NCBI GenBank assembly: GCA_964495685.1
Contig: CAZBVQ010000002.1
Location: 107,284-171,283, forward strand
DNA from: an uncultured Candidatus Saccharibacteria bacterium
Lineage (GTDB): Bacteria > Patescibacteriota > Minisyncoccia > Phycocordibacterales > PALSA-1337
Length of the DNA stretch: 64,000 bases
Direction: 5' to 3'
Shown here: positions 1-9,755 of the stretch, piece after piece
Position numbering within the stretch: position 1 is the first letter of the stretch
How the letters are laid out: every line of letters starts with the position of its first letter
Position numbers and translations under genes: made by a program
The notes under the pieces: generated by a model
What the model was told of the DNA's origin: nothing
What the model saw: the letters and a program-made list of their open reading frames with translations, nothing else
Databases searched by the model: none

Positions 1-1069
1 TGTGGATGTAGTTTGATGCTCCATTTGGAAGTGCCATCAATATTTTATCTGTGTTGATGAGCACAGCATCAAAGTTTTCGTTGTACCAGTCCACCGTATA
101 CATGAGAAGCGGTGCACCCCATGAAATAGTTCCGTTGGCATTTGTGTTGCCCACTACGGCATATATACCAGTGGTACCCGCTTGCTGGCGATAAAAGACA
201 ATGAATCTGGTCGAATCCAACTCAATTGTTTTGAATACTCGATTACTCGTTGTTTTTGCAAAGGGGGAAGATAAAGTCTGAGTCTCCATATCTCGCAATT
301 TTGTATAGAAGGTTAGAGTTTTAACACTTCTTACTCTGCGCTCTAGAAAATTCATTGCATACATCTTTCTTGTCGCTCCGGCACCGATCAAAAACTCGTG
401 ATATGGGAATTCACGCAGAAGTTCATTCTGGATACCAAATGCTCTATCTTCGTCACCATCCCAGGACGACTTACCTATGTAGAACATCTCACGATTGTTA
501 TACATATAGTTCACATAGTTGTTAAAACAACCACGATAGCCAGGAATGATTAAAGAATCAGCATCAGTGGCAGATGCTCCTGCTCTATATGTCCCAAGAG
601 TTGTTGCATCAAATGCATTAGGAGCTACAAGTGTCGAAGTTGAAGCAATGGAATTGCCTGAGATCCCACCAATTTTGGCGGTGAAGAAAATATCGTTTCC
701 AGAAATGGAGGTTGCCTCTACATCACCATTCAAAGAGGTGGCTGATGCATACTGACTTCCAGGAAGACCTGAAAGATTTACTGCTGCCATTATATTGGCT
801 CGAGTAGCTGCAACATTTCCGCCGATAACAATTTGTCCGTCAGTATTGGTGACGAGACTAGCTACGAAAGAGTAGGTTTTTGTGCCGAGAGTGATGGTTT
901 CCCCTGCTGAAGGTTGATTTTGAAGTGTTAATTTTCCCTGCGCTTTCACGGCTGGCCACTGAACCATACCTGGTCTATCCCATTCCACAAATTTAGGAAA
1001 GGGTACGGTCTGCTGACTCTTAACTATTGTTGTCTTATCTAACCTTCGATCTACTTGTAAATTAATCAT
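1..1069 (-). CDS. Phage tail/structural protein (partial, runs off window)
   Basis: Manually translated from ATG at 1069 (MINLQVDRRLDKTTIVK...AQGKLTLQNQPSAGETITLGTKTYSF...), open in the part read; absent from the ORF track, consistent with no stop in the window; follows tail genes. Confidence 0.75.
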   Translation of the reverse strand, partial: MINLQVDRRLDKTTIVKSQQTVPFPKFVEWDRPGMVQWPAVKAQGKLTLQNQPSAGETITLGTKTYSFVASLVTNTDGQIVIGGNVAATRANIMAAVNLSGLPGSQYASATSLNGDVEATSISGNDIFFTAKIGGISGNSIASTSTLVAPNAFDATTLGTYRAGASATDADSLIIPGYRGCFNNYVNYMYNNREMFYIGKSSWDGDEDRAFGIQNELLREFPYHEFLIGAGATRKMYAMNFLERRVRSVKTLTFYTKLRDMETQTLSSPFAKTTSNRVFKTIELDSTRFIVFYRQQAGTTGIYAVVGNTNANGTISWGAPLLMYTVDWYNENFDAVLINTDKILMALPNGASNYIH

Positions 1070-1079
1070 AATAAAATAT

Positions 1080-1853
1080 TTAATGGATAATACTTGCGAT
1101 TCTTTCGTCTACGGCTCTCACCGACCACTTCTTCGCACCGTCATAGATGCTTCGAAGCAAGCGATTGTCGTCATACTCGAAGACAAATGTTTTTCCGTTC
1201 ACATTGTCATGTAGAGACCTCACACTTCCATCAGAATTCAACGCAACATCAACATATTCAAGACCAGCCTGAATGCCCGTAAGAGCTGCGGCTTGGAGTT
1301 GTGCGAGAGTCACAGGCTGTGATGCGCTTACCGCATTGGGAACATTTGGAGAATTTATAAAATTGTTATTTCCTGAAAAAGTATTGTTACCATTTGTTGA
1401 TGCTTTCCCCGCAAGATTGGTATCAACGTATCCTTTTGAAACAGCTTGTTTTGAATCATTAAAATTCGGATCAGCATCATACTTAAGAGGTTTTGTGGAA
1501 TCGAGCGTATCATCGCCATTCAAGATATCGACAATTATTTTTAAGTTTACGAAGTCAGTAAGATAGCATTTGGCTCCTGCCCTATGACCATTCAGGTTCT
1601 GAACGCCAGAAGTCTGTACCCCTTGTCGGGACACGCTGTAAATATTCGTCATAGCCGTGCCAGATAGATCGAACACAAGATGCTCCTCATCACCAGTTCC
1701 TCGGTCAATGATCATGCAGTATTTGCCACTTGGAAGTGCAACACTGTTTTTATCAGTGACTGAAGTAAGGGCTCCGGAGGTTGCCCCGCTTCCGAGCTTG
1801 GTCGCAAGAGATGTCTCAAAATTTGCTACAACTTTAGTGAGTTTGGACGCCAT
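1080..1853 (-). CDS. Phage tail fibre/virion structural protein
   Basis: 257 aa; fibre-like motifs (QAVSKGYVD, NNTFSGNNNF, PVTLAQL); position after nozzle gene. Confidence 0.65.
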   Translation of the reverse strand: MASKLTKVVANFETSLATKLGSGATSGALTSVTDKNSVALPSGKYCMIIDRGTGDEEHLVFDLSGTAMTNIYSVSRQGVQTSGVQNLNGHRAGAKCYLTDFVNLKIIVDILNGDDTLDSTKPLKYDADPNFNDSKQAVSKGYVDTNLAGKASTNGNNTFSGNNNFINSPNVPNAVSASQPVTLAQLQAAALTGIQAGLEYVDVALNSDGSVRSLHDNVNGKTFVFEYDDNRLLRSIYDGAKKWSVRAVDERIASIIH

Positions 1854-1893
1854 GAATCCATTATCCGCCTCAAAATATGAAAAAGTGTGTCAA

Positions 1894-3795
1894 TTACTGA
1901 TCTACGAGCTTTCCATCGAGACTTACATGCTCCTTTTGGCGATATAACTTCGGCAATTTGTCCTCGTAGGTGAGAACATCCCAATCGATTGACTCCATAA
2001 TGCTCACATATCCGATGCCTTTGGCTATAAAACGGATGCTTCGGCGTCTGAATTTGGGAATTCTCACCGCCTTTATCTGAAGTTCGTATGGATAGACCTT
2101 AGCCTCTCCATCGCCACCTACGGCAGATTCACCAATCATCGTAGTGCCCACGCTCGAAGGACTCGTTCGATTGACATATGTCGCATCGCCTCTGATTGTG
2201 CCAATGAGGTTGTATCCAGCGCCATCAAAATCAGCATAAACTTCCACATATTGAGCTGGATCAATCTCACCTCGATATCGCAAGCGACGATATTTCTTCA
2301 ATCGTCTCATGCCATAAGTTTCATACTTGCTATCCCACGTATTTTGAACAACGTATCCATCATCATCAAACCCATTTAATATTTTATAGACAGTCTGAGT
2401 ATGAGGACTTCCCCCATAAAGCACACCTGAATCCTTGGCGAGTGATTTCATTCCATAGTTCGTAATATCGACTGTATTTTTTGCAATATCAATCACGAGT
2501 GTTCGGTCATTGACTATACTTCCTTGCGATCGACAAGAAAGAACAATGAACTGGCCATATGTTTCCATGAAGGTATCGGAATAATCAAACTTTTCCCAGG
2601 CAAAATGCGGAATGAGTTCTGTTGCCAGAATGTCATCACCAAGGGGATTCTTTTCAAGGACCGTGAGCTGAGGCCTGTCAGGGTTTGCTGTATTAATGAA
2701 GACCACACCTCGGCCGGTAGTGACCGAACTTTTTCGAGTAAGCACTCCGATGTTTCGGCGAACTACCTGGTTGGTAAAACTTTTGTCATCATCCGTGTAC
2801 TTGTGCTGGTATGCACTCTGTTTTTTCAGAGAATAGTAATTACCATCAATACCGATCACTAATTGTTGGACAGCATCACCTCCTTCATCTTGACGAATAA
2901 CGTCTCCTTCGCCTGCAAGTCGTGATGCGCTGTAAGTAAAATCTGCAACGCCCTTGCTTGTACTATTTTCCCACACGTAATCAGCCTTGATATTATTTGC
3001 GGAGTTCAAGGGAACTGTCACAAATGTCACGCTCCATGCACCAGTAATATAATTTATTGTCCCTACTCCACCCGCACTACCTTTAAGTCCTCCATTTTTA
3101 TCATCGGTAAATATTTCTCCTCCTCCATCGGTACACTTCACAGTAACGAGTCCGCAATTTCTTTTTGGCTGGCCGCTTTTAAACGATAGAGTTCCTGAGA
3201 ATGTCACTTGTGATCCATTGCCACTTGCAAGATTTTCGTTTGAAACTTGAGTGAAGCTCACTCCGTCACGCTGAACATCGATGTAACTTCGGTAAAGGCT
3301 TGTTGGGTCTTTAGCAATTCCCCACAAGTACATGCGTGCTTTATCTATGAGCGGAAATCCACAGAAAAAATCCGTTAATGAGTAGAGTTGAACGTAGTCA
3401 TTCGGATTCGCATTGGCAAATTTGAATAGTCCGCCTGGACCACCCGCAAATGTCCATGCTCCGGTAAGCGAACTGTAGTTTGAAAAGACATAGAGATCAT
3501 TAGCATTGAGTCCCGATACTACATCTATCCATGTCGAGCCATTAAAATATTGAATCTTTGTTGAAATTTTTCTCCATAGCACAGCCGTTCCATTCGCTTT
3601 ATAGCCAGAATGAATGGCAGGACATGATCCGGCTGCACCTTCAATCCCTACTGTCACTTTTCCTCGGGCAAGTTCAAGACGGCCATCAATCGTGATCCAA
3701 TTCAAGGCATCTTTAGCACTGTCTTTCGGAGTATCCTCATTGTCCTCTCGGTTATGAACGCCTGAAGCAAATTTTTTAATCTCATGATCTGCCAT
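1894..3795 (-). CDS. Tail stabilisation/nozzle protein (P22 gp10 / T7 gp12-like)
   Basis: 633 aa beta-rich; N-term 'FASGVHNRE..E', position after adaptor gene. Confidence 0.65.
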   Translation of the reverse strand: MADHEIKKFASGVHNREDNEDTPKDSAKDALNWITIDGRLELARGKVTVGIEGAAGSCPAIHSGYKANGTAVLWRKISTKIQYFNGSTWIDVVSGLNANDLYVFSNYSSLTGAWTFAGGPGGLFKFANANPNDYVQLYSLTDFFCGFPLIDKARMYLWGIAKDPTSLYRSYIDVQRDGVSFTQVSNENLASGNGSQVTFSGTLSFKSGQPKRNCGLVTVKCTDGGGEIFTDDKNGGLKGSAGGVGTINYITGAWSVTFVTVPLNSANNIKADYVWENSTSKGVADFTYSASRLAGEGDVIRQDEGGDAVQQLVIGIDGNYYSLKKQSAYQHKYTDDDKSFTNQVVRRNIGVLTRKSSVTTGRGVVFINTANPDRPQLTVLEKNPLGDDILATELIPHFAWEKFDYSDTFMETYGQFIVLSCRSQGSIVNDRTLVIDIAKNTVDITNYGMKSLAKDSGVLYGGSPHTQTVYKILNGFDDDGYVVQNTWDSKYETYGMRRLKKYRRLRYRGEIDPAQYVEVYADFDGAGYNLIGTIRGDATYVNRTSPSSVGTTMIGESAVGGDGEAKVYPYELQIKAVRIPKFRRRSIRFIAKGIGYVSIMESIDWDVLTYEDKLPKLYRQKEHVSLDGKLVDQ

Positions 3796-3797
3796 AG

Positions 3798-4421
3798 TTA
3801 GACGAGTTTAAATCGAGCATCACGCAATTTGAGATTTTTCATGTATCTCTGGTATTGAGCAAAGTTATCCTGCATGTTGCTGCGAGCTTTTTCAGCTTTC
3901 TTTATTATTTCCTCGTCAATGAGCATAGAAAAGACAATCATCGGGTGATATTCGTTTGGCAATAAAGGCGAAGTACCGACTGTGATGTCATTAGGACTTA
4001 TTTTGTAATCAAATTCGTAGGAAGTGCCTGCACCAGGACTCTGTAAAAAATTTATTTTTCCGTCTGACGCGTCAATCCAACAAATACCATAAAAGCTGTT
4101 GTTATTTCTCTGACCCATAGGGACAATGAGATATGGCGCTTTTGAGGGACCGATATAAATGACTTTCTGGGTCGCTTCATCACCATACTCATCAAAATTC
4201 TCCATAAACTCATCGAAGTCTGTGCTGAGAGTTATTTTTCCATCACTTTCAACCACACCGGTTTTCTTTCGTCTCAAAAACTCCCATGGCTGTTCCATAT
4301 AAATGAGACGGATTTTGTCATTGGCGAGATTAATAGCCTCGTCGCTTGATAGCTCAGTCGTATCGTCAGTGTATTGCCCGAAGCGTTCGATGATTTGCTG
4401 GCCTGTAAGTGGAGTAGTCAT
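3798..4421 (-). CDS. Head-to-tail adaptor (P22 gp4 / tail tubular A-like)
   Basis: 207 aa; 'PWEFL', 'PLLPNEYHPMIV' motifs; directly after capsid. Confidence 0.65.
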   Translation of the reverse strand: MTTPLTGQQIIERFGQYTDDTTELSSDEAINLANDKIRLIYMEQPWEFLRRKKTGVVESDGKITLSTDFDEFMENFDEYGDEATQKVIYIGPSKAPYLIVPMGQRNNNSFYGICWIDASDGKINFLQSPGAGTSYEFDYKISPNDITVGTSPLLPNEYHPMIVFSMLIDEEIIKKAEKARSNMQDNFAQYQRYMKNLKLRDARFKLV

Positions 4422-4498
4422 AAATTCTCAGTGGTGGAAGCAGGATCGACCGCTCTGCTTCCGCCACCAAGCCCGAATTGCTTCGGGTTGGCGTTTGG

Positions 4499-5704
4499 TT
4501 AGGCGTTAATTTTAACGTCGAGGAATTGTGGCTTGCCATCCGCGAAGGTGAAGATGCCGTAAATTGCATCTGCACGGATGATCTTTGCACGCTGATATGG
4601 ATCATCGACAGTCTCCATCTCGGCCTGATCTTGGATGACCACATCGATAGCGCCTTTCTTGCCGTAGTAGGCATGAATAAGGTTTTTGGTCACCGTGTAC
4701 ACTGCATTACCTCCGAAAGAAAGACGACCTGAACCGGTACCCGTAATGGTGATGGTGTTGGCCGCATCATCATTCACTGCCGCAAGCTGAAGGTCGATCC
4801 AGTTCGACTGTACATAGCCTGGGTCTGTATCAGTCCATGCAATGTACTTTGATCCAGCCGTGCCACTTGTCTGATGAACCGCATCAATCAAGTTGTCACG
4901 GGTTGCATCAACTCCTGCTTCAATGAGCACGTTACCTGGAGTTGCCCCGATAGCGCTTACAAACGTAAAGACATATCCATTGATTGAGAATGTCTCGCCG
5001 TTTGCGGGATTGGCTGACATGGTAATAACTGCTTCAGCAAGAAGATTCTCCGACAAGTAGAGTTCAGCTCCACCGACGGGACCGGCATATCCGTTCTTGA
5101 AGGCAGCAGCCGCAAGGTCGATGTTCTTCGACATGACATACTGCTCAATTACTGAACCTCCATAGCTATCAATCACCAAGGCAAGACTAGTAAGGTCTTG
5201 GTTGGCTCTGCGCAACTTGGCACGACCCTGCGCAAGAAGCTGAGGAATATTGGTAGTTGAGAGAACAATTGCGGTACCGTTTGACGTCATGGTCGTAAGG
5301 TCTCCGGTATCGAAGGTCTGAAGAGCATTCTTCACTTCTGCAAAAACATCGGCATCAATGTAGCGTGACAATTTCTTAGCCACCTCTGCACCAATTGTTT
5401 CTGCAGGATTCAAGGGACCAGCCTGGATCATTTCCTTCTTGGAAATACGGAAGTCAGAACCCTTATTCTTGTTGACAAGGAGAGTCTCACCAGAGTCATT
5501 GAGCTGATCAATGGTTCGGTTTACGCCGATTGTGATATTGCGGACACGAATCGGAGCAAGAGAATATTTTACACGCTTGACCGATGCTCCATATTGGAGT
5601 TTGGCTTCAAGTCGTGTATTGGCAATCTCCATCGCCACGAGCACTTTGTCGAATACCGCCTGGTACGCGTTATCAAACTGCTCTTTGAATGTTACTAAGG
5701 ACAT
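4499..5704 (-). CDS. Major capsid protein (P22 coat-like) with an inserted domain
   Basis: 401 aa after scaffold; HK97-fold-like pattern ending in RADAIYG. Confidence 0.8.
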   Translation of the reverse strand: MSLVTFKEQFDNAYQAVFDKVLVAMEIANTRLEAKLQYGASVKRVKYSLAPIRVRNITIGVNRTIDQLNDSGETLLVNKNKGSDFRISKKEMIQAGPLNPAETIGAEVAKKLSRYIDADVFAEVKNALQTFDTGDLTTMTSNGTAIVLSTTNIPQLLAQGRAKLRRANQDLTSLALVIDSYGGSVIEQYVMSKNIDLAAAAFKNGYAGPVGGAELYLSENLLAEAVITMSANPANGETFSINGYVFTFVSAIGATPGNVLIEAGVDATRDNLIDAVHQTSGTAGSKYIAWTDTDPGYVQSNWIDLQLAAVNDDAANTITITGTGSGRLSFGGNAVYTVTKNLIHAYYGKKGAIDVVIQDQAEMETVDDPYQRAKIIRADAIYGIFTFADGKPQFLDVKINA

Positions 5705-5745
5705 AAGTGTATAAAATTAAAGTGGTAAATGTCCTTCAAACATCA

Positions 5746-6603
5746 TTACTTCCTATGTCGAGAACGGTGAGTCAGGCGATCAATGAGGCCTTCTTGATAC
5801 TTCTCAAATTCCTGACCTCCACGCTCTCGGGATTCGGCAATACGCTTGTGATCTTCATCGCTCGGAGCCTTGTAGTCAGGTTCCTTCGGATGATTGCCGC
5901 CCTGAGAGCTATAGCCCTCCATTCCGGCTCCGCCTTTATCGCTGCCATAAAGCTCATCAAGAATATCCTCCATGGTGCGAGAAAGATTTTCCTCGCTCGA
6001 CATGATGTATTTTTTGACAGCTTCCTTCTTGGCAACCTTGGCAAGCTCAGGATTTTCTCCAATTACTCGGTCAAACTCTTTCGAGATTGCTGCCGAGATT
6101 TGAGCTTTGCTGATTTCCTTGGACTGCGTCTCAACTTTTGACTTGAAGTCTTTGATGTCTGAAAGGTACTGATCCTCGAATTGCTTCTTGGATTTACTTA
6201 AAAGAATGTCCGAGAGCTTGCGTACAAACTTGGGCTCCAGGTCCCATTCCTTGGCGAGTGCGTCGAGCTCGTCTTGAGCATCGTTAGCGCTGGTACCACC
6301 TTTCTTTACCTGCTCCTGCAGGTCACGAATAGTGGGGATGACCTCGTCACGGATCATCTTTTTCATCTCACGATTCTCTTTCTTAAGATCATCAAGGAGC
6401 TCGTCTTTCTCGATCTCTGCCCGAGTTCTTCGTACTTTAGAATCGTTCTGCTTGGAGCTATCGCCCCCTGCAACTTGTTCAATCGATTGACCATTTGAAG
6501 GGTTGGTATCTTTGGCATCGCCTTTGTTATCAGGTTTCTGCTCCCCTGCAGCTTTTGACTTATCGTCTTCAGGTACTGCTACCTTTTCTTTTGGTTGTGG
6601 CAT
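5746..6603 (-). CDS. Capsid scaffolding protein
   Basis: 285 aa highly charged/helical with disordered N-terminus, immediately upstream of capsid. Confidence 0.7.
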   Translation of the reverse strand: MPQPKEKVAVPEDDKSKAAGEQKPDNKGDAKDTNPSNGQSIEQVAGGDSSKQNDSKVRRTRAEIEKDELLDDLKKENREMKKMIRDEVIPTIRDLQEQVKKGGTSANDAQDELDALAKEWDLEPKFVRKLSDILLSKSKKQFEDQYLSDIKDFKSKVETQSKEISKAQISAAISKEFDRVIGENPELAKVAKKEAVKKYIMSSEENLSRTMEDILDELYGSDKGGAGMEGYSSQGGNHPKEPDYKAPSDEDHKRIAESRERGGQEFEKYQEGLIDRLTHRSRHRK

Positions 6604-6745
6604 ATATCGTTTACGTTTTTATGCAATGGTTTTCGCCCCATTGATGCTCGGTTATATACGCAGAGCACGAGCGCCGTTACCTTATTAAAAGAGGTTGGCC
6701 CCTCTATGTGATTAAATTGTAGATGTGGAAAAAGAAATAACTGTG

Positions 6746-7144
6746 TCAATTACTTTTTGCTTCCTCTGCAGCCGTACTTGGTCGCCTTCTTGAAAGTTCG
6801 TCGAGAAGCACGTCAAGGTCTTCATTGGCTCCGATAAATCTCCTAAGCATCTGCACTGATGCTTCAAACCTGGCAATTGCCGATATGAGCCTACCCATTT
6901 CAGGGTTCTGGTGAAGCATGGTAAAAAGCTCATTCATGGCCTTTCTTGCTTCGCTCTGCAAACGCTCAATCGTATCTTTTCCAGCCGGAGTCTTTGACCA
7001 AGACACAATGTCGTTTGCCACATCTATGGCTTTATTTATTTCCTCAACTTCGGCTTGATCAGCCGGTTTTTCCTGCTCGGCTTCTGCTGCTGCATTATGG
7101 GGACCAGTAAGGACTGGTTCTGGTTGTGTTTCGTTTTCGTTCAT
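6746..7144 (-). CDS. Phage hypothetical protein
   Basis: 132 aa helical ORF between portal and scaffold, ATGA overlap with upstream gene. Confidence 0.7.
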   Translation of the reverse strand: MNENETQPEPVLTGPHNAAAEAEQEKPADQAEVEEINKAIDVANDIVSWSKTPAGKDTIERLQSEARKAMNELFTMLHQNPEMGRLISAIARFEASVQMLRRFIGANEDLDVLLDELSRRRPSTAAEEAKSN

Positions 7145-7515
7145 AGTTTTAATTGATTACGAATTTCTTTATTTTCACGCAATAAAGCATTGAGAACACT
7201 CTTTGTGCTCTTTTCCTGGTCTTTGAATTGCTTTGCTTTATTTTCCTGAATCGCAAGAAGAGTGAGAATAAATCGCTTCTTTGCGGTGAGTTTCTTCATG
7301 TATCGAACCAGGTCAGGATTTGCCCGACGAATATTTTCAGCGAGGGATTCCTGAAGCCTCGCATTGGCTTCAAGTTCCCGTACTTGTTTCCTCAATTGCT
7401 CAATATTTCGATTAAGCTCGCGCAGAGAAAATTCAGCAACCAATCCATGTTTAATTAAGCGATGGTCTCCCTTATCTTTCGCCTTCTTTTTAATTGTGTA
7501 GGTATATCCAGGCAT
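7141..7515 (-). CDS. Phage hypothetical coiled-coil protein
   Basis: 124 aa basic coiled-coil ORF in operon. Confidence 0.7.
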   Translation of the reverse strand: MPGYTYTIKKKAKDKGDHRLIKHGLVAEFSLRELNRNIEQLRKQVRELEANARLQESLAENIRRANPDLVRYMKKLTAKKRFILTLLAIQENKAKQFKDQEKSTKSVLNALLRENKEIRNQLKL

Positions 7516-7682
7516 TAGATTTCATGTTCAGGATGCGGTTCTTCAGGCATGGTGGCCTGAGTATTTTCCGCACTTTCTGTTGCAGTTCCTTCAACCTGAT
7601 TTTCAGCAGGTGTTTCTGCTGGAATATTATTCTGCTCAGCTTCACCATTAACATTTGCGTTCTCATTGTTTGTTTCTGACAT
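7515..7682 (-). CDS. Small acidic phage protein (55 aa)
   Basis: Manual translation MSETNNENANVNGEAEQNN...PEHEI*; TAATG coupling to next gene; fills the gap after portal. Confidence 0.6.
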   Translation of the reverse strand: MSETNNENANVNGEAEQNNIPAETPAENQVEGTATESAENTQATMPEEPHPEHEI

Positions 7683-7698
7683 ATATTTTTAAATTAAT

Positions 7699-9711
7699 TT
7701 AATAACTCATCGCCGCGGTCTCTTGAACCTCCCGCGCCGGATCGCCCAATGGCACCACTCCGGTTGCGGCCAAGTCGGGATTTTCAAGAAGGCGCGAATC
7801 GATCATGAGGTTTTTAGACAGCAAACCTTCATTTGCAAGTTGAGAAACTCCTGCCTGAATAGTGTTCCTTTCTGAGACAGGAGTAATTGCTTTGATATAC
7901 AGGAGCACATCGACATGTTGTTCAAGGTTTAACTCATGATCATATTTGTCCCAAAGGTCATTAATTCTTTTAACATATGATGTAGTCGCGTCCTTATAGA
8001 GAGGCACCTTTTCACCACCAATGAGAAGCTGGAACGCTTCTTCAGCCTTGGCCATGACTTCAGTGGCCGCATCTTCACTCATGTCGAGGAGGCGATTGAC
8101 TGTATCTTCTTCAATTCCGGCAATTGAAGCCTGGGTTCTGAACAAAACTTTCTGATTGATACCCTGGTCTCCTTTATATACTCCAAGGAAAGTTAATTTG
8201 TTTTTGCTATCAGCGAGATTGCTCTGCGCTTCAGCAATAGATGACTCGACGAGAATATCATAGTCGTCTTGAAAAGGTTTCAGGTCTCTGGCACTTACCA
8301 TTTCTATTCCTAATCCCATTGGTCCCAAGATTTGTACTGCCATTTTCTTTTTCAAATCCTGCATCACTCCTTCCTTGTGCAAAACGGCAAAGCGATAATA
8401 GCCTTCGGCATAGCTTTTATTCAGAAGACCAAATCTGTCACCTGCTTGCATGAGATTGCCTTCATAAATACCGAGCGTATCTTCATCACTTGTGCCTCGG
8501 ACATCAGCCGTAACTCCGCTTTCCGATTCAACAATTTGCTCCAATTTGTCATACACTTTGAATGGTCCTTCAATTGGTGGAGTCTGCCGAGTCTGAATCA
8601 CACGATTGACGTCGACATTTCCTTCAATTTCTATATATCCGTCCCTTTTGTATCGAACTTGTGCAAGATTCCTGATGTAATCAACGTTCACAGCCGTCTG
8701 CGGGCGATTAATCTGCTCCGAGTTATCAAGTGACTGATTGATGCTCTTTTCTTGAGCCATAAATACTCCTCGAGCAAAGTCGCAGTATGACGGAGTCCAA
8801 AATTCCCGAGGGTCTGGAAATGCCGCCCAGGACCAGATCGGGTACTTGCCACTCTTTCGAATATATTTCCACGGCTCACAACGAATACAATCACCGGATG
8901 GTGAAAGAACGAGATAATAACGATCATCATTTTCATCGGTCGTTATCCAGGTGTAGAAAATAAATTGATTTTCATTTTTCAAATGGTCTCGCGGAGCTCC
9001 ATTCACCTTCCTATTATCCTTATCAACATCCTGCTTAGTTTTCGTATGCCGATTGCCACCACCATCAAGGATATCTTCAACTACTTTTTTGTAGTAAATT
9101 CCATCTTTCACACCCTTGAGGAGTTGAGCCCGACTGAGTTTCGTATTCCACCAACCGAGATACAGTGCTTTCTCAATACCGCTTCCATCTTCTTCCTCCG
9201 TGCAGAGGCCACCGACATCTGGGTCGATGAGAAAATCCTTTGGATCAATCAAATTGAGCAGACTTCTATACGTTCCTTTGTCATTTTTGGTGAGATAAAG
9301 ATAAATCGTCCTGCCATACACAGCCGCATCACGCTTACCCATCAAATCTTTGAAGTTCCATCTGCCAATTTTTGAATCTTTCTCCTTGATAGCATTCATG
9401 AGCTTGGACTTAGTAAGGTCAGCAGTCTCACCCTTGACGTATTTAAATGTGAGCGGACTATCGATTTTTGAAAGAATGGTATGAACAAAGCCATGCATCT
9501 TGAAAAGGGGGACCATGGTACGAGTATCAACCTGATTGGCTTGGTTGCCTTGAGGAGCAAGGTTAATGGGACTGACCTTGTCAGGATTCATCATGTCCTC
9601 ATTTTTATTCCACGAGCTCATCCTCGCTTTTTTATAGCGATATGAGTAATCAATTTCCTTCAATGCTTGGCTTGCAAGCGTATCTCGTACTTTGTAGTGC
9701 GCAAGAGGCAT
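7699..9711 (-). CDS. Portal protein (P22-like)
   Basis: 670 aa directly after large terminase; 'IDPKDFLIDP', 'YPIWSW' motifs. Confidence 0.85.
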   Translation of the reverse strand: MPLAHYKVRDTLASQALKEIDYSYRYKKARMSSWNKNEDMMNPDKVSPINLAPQGNQANQVDTRTMVPLFKMHGFVHTILSKIDSPLTFKYVKGETADLTKSKLMNAIKEKDSKIGRWNFKDLMGKRDAAVYGRTIYLYLTKNDKGTYRSLLNLIDPKDFLIDPDVGGLCTEEEDGSGIEKALYLGWWNTKLSRAQLLKGVKDGIYYKKVVEDILDGGGNRHTKTKQDVDKDNRKVNGAPRDHLKNENQFIFYTWITTDENDDRYYLVLSPSGDCIRCEPWKYIRKSGKYPIWSWAAFPDPREFWTPSYCDFARGVFMAQEKSINQSLDNSEQINRPQTAVNVDYIRNLAQVRYKRDGYIEIEGNVDVNRVIQTRQTPPIEGPFKVYDKLEQIVESESGVTADVRGTSDEDTLGIYEGNLMQAGDRFGLLNKSYAEGYYRFAVLHKEGVMQDLKKKMAVQILGPMGLGIEMVSARDLKPFQDDYDILVESSIAEAQSNLADSKNKLTFLGVYKGDQGINQKVLFRTQASIAGIEEDTVNRLLDMSEDAATEVMAKAEEAFQLLIGGEKVPLYKDATTSYVKRINDLWDKYDHELNLEQHVDVLLYIKAITPVSERNTIQAGVSQLANEGLLSKNLMIDSRLLENPDLAATGVVPLGDPAREVQETAAMSY

Positions 9712-9755
9712 ATATACCTCGAGTATATGCCTAGATTTTCTGATTTTTGTGTCAA

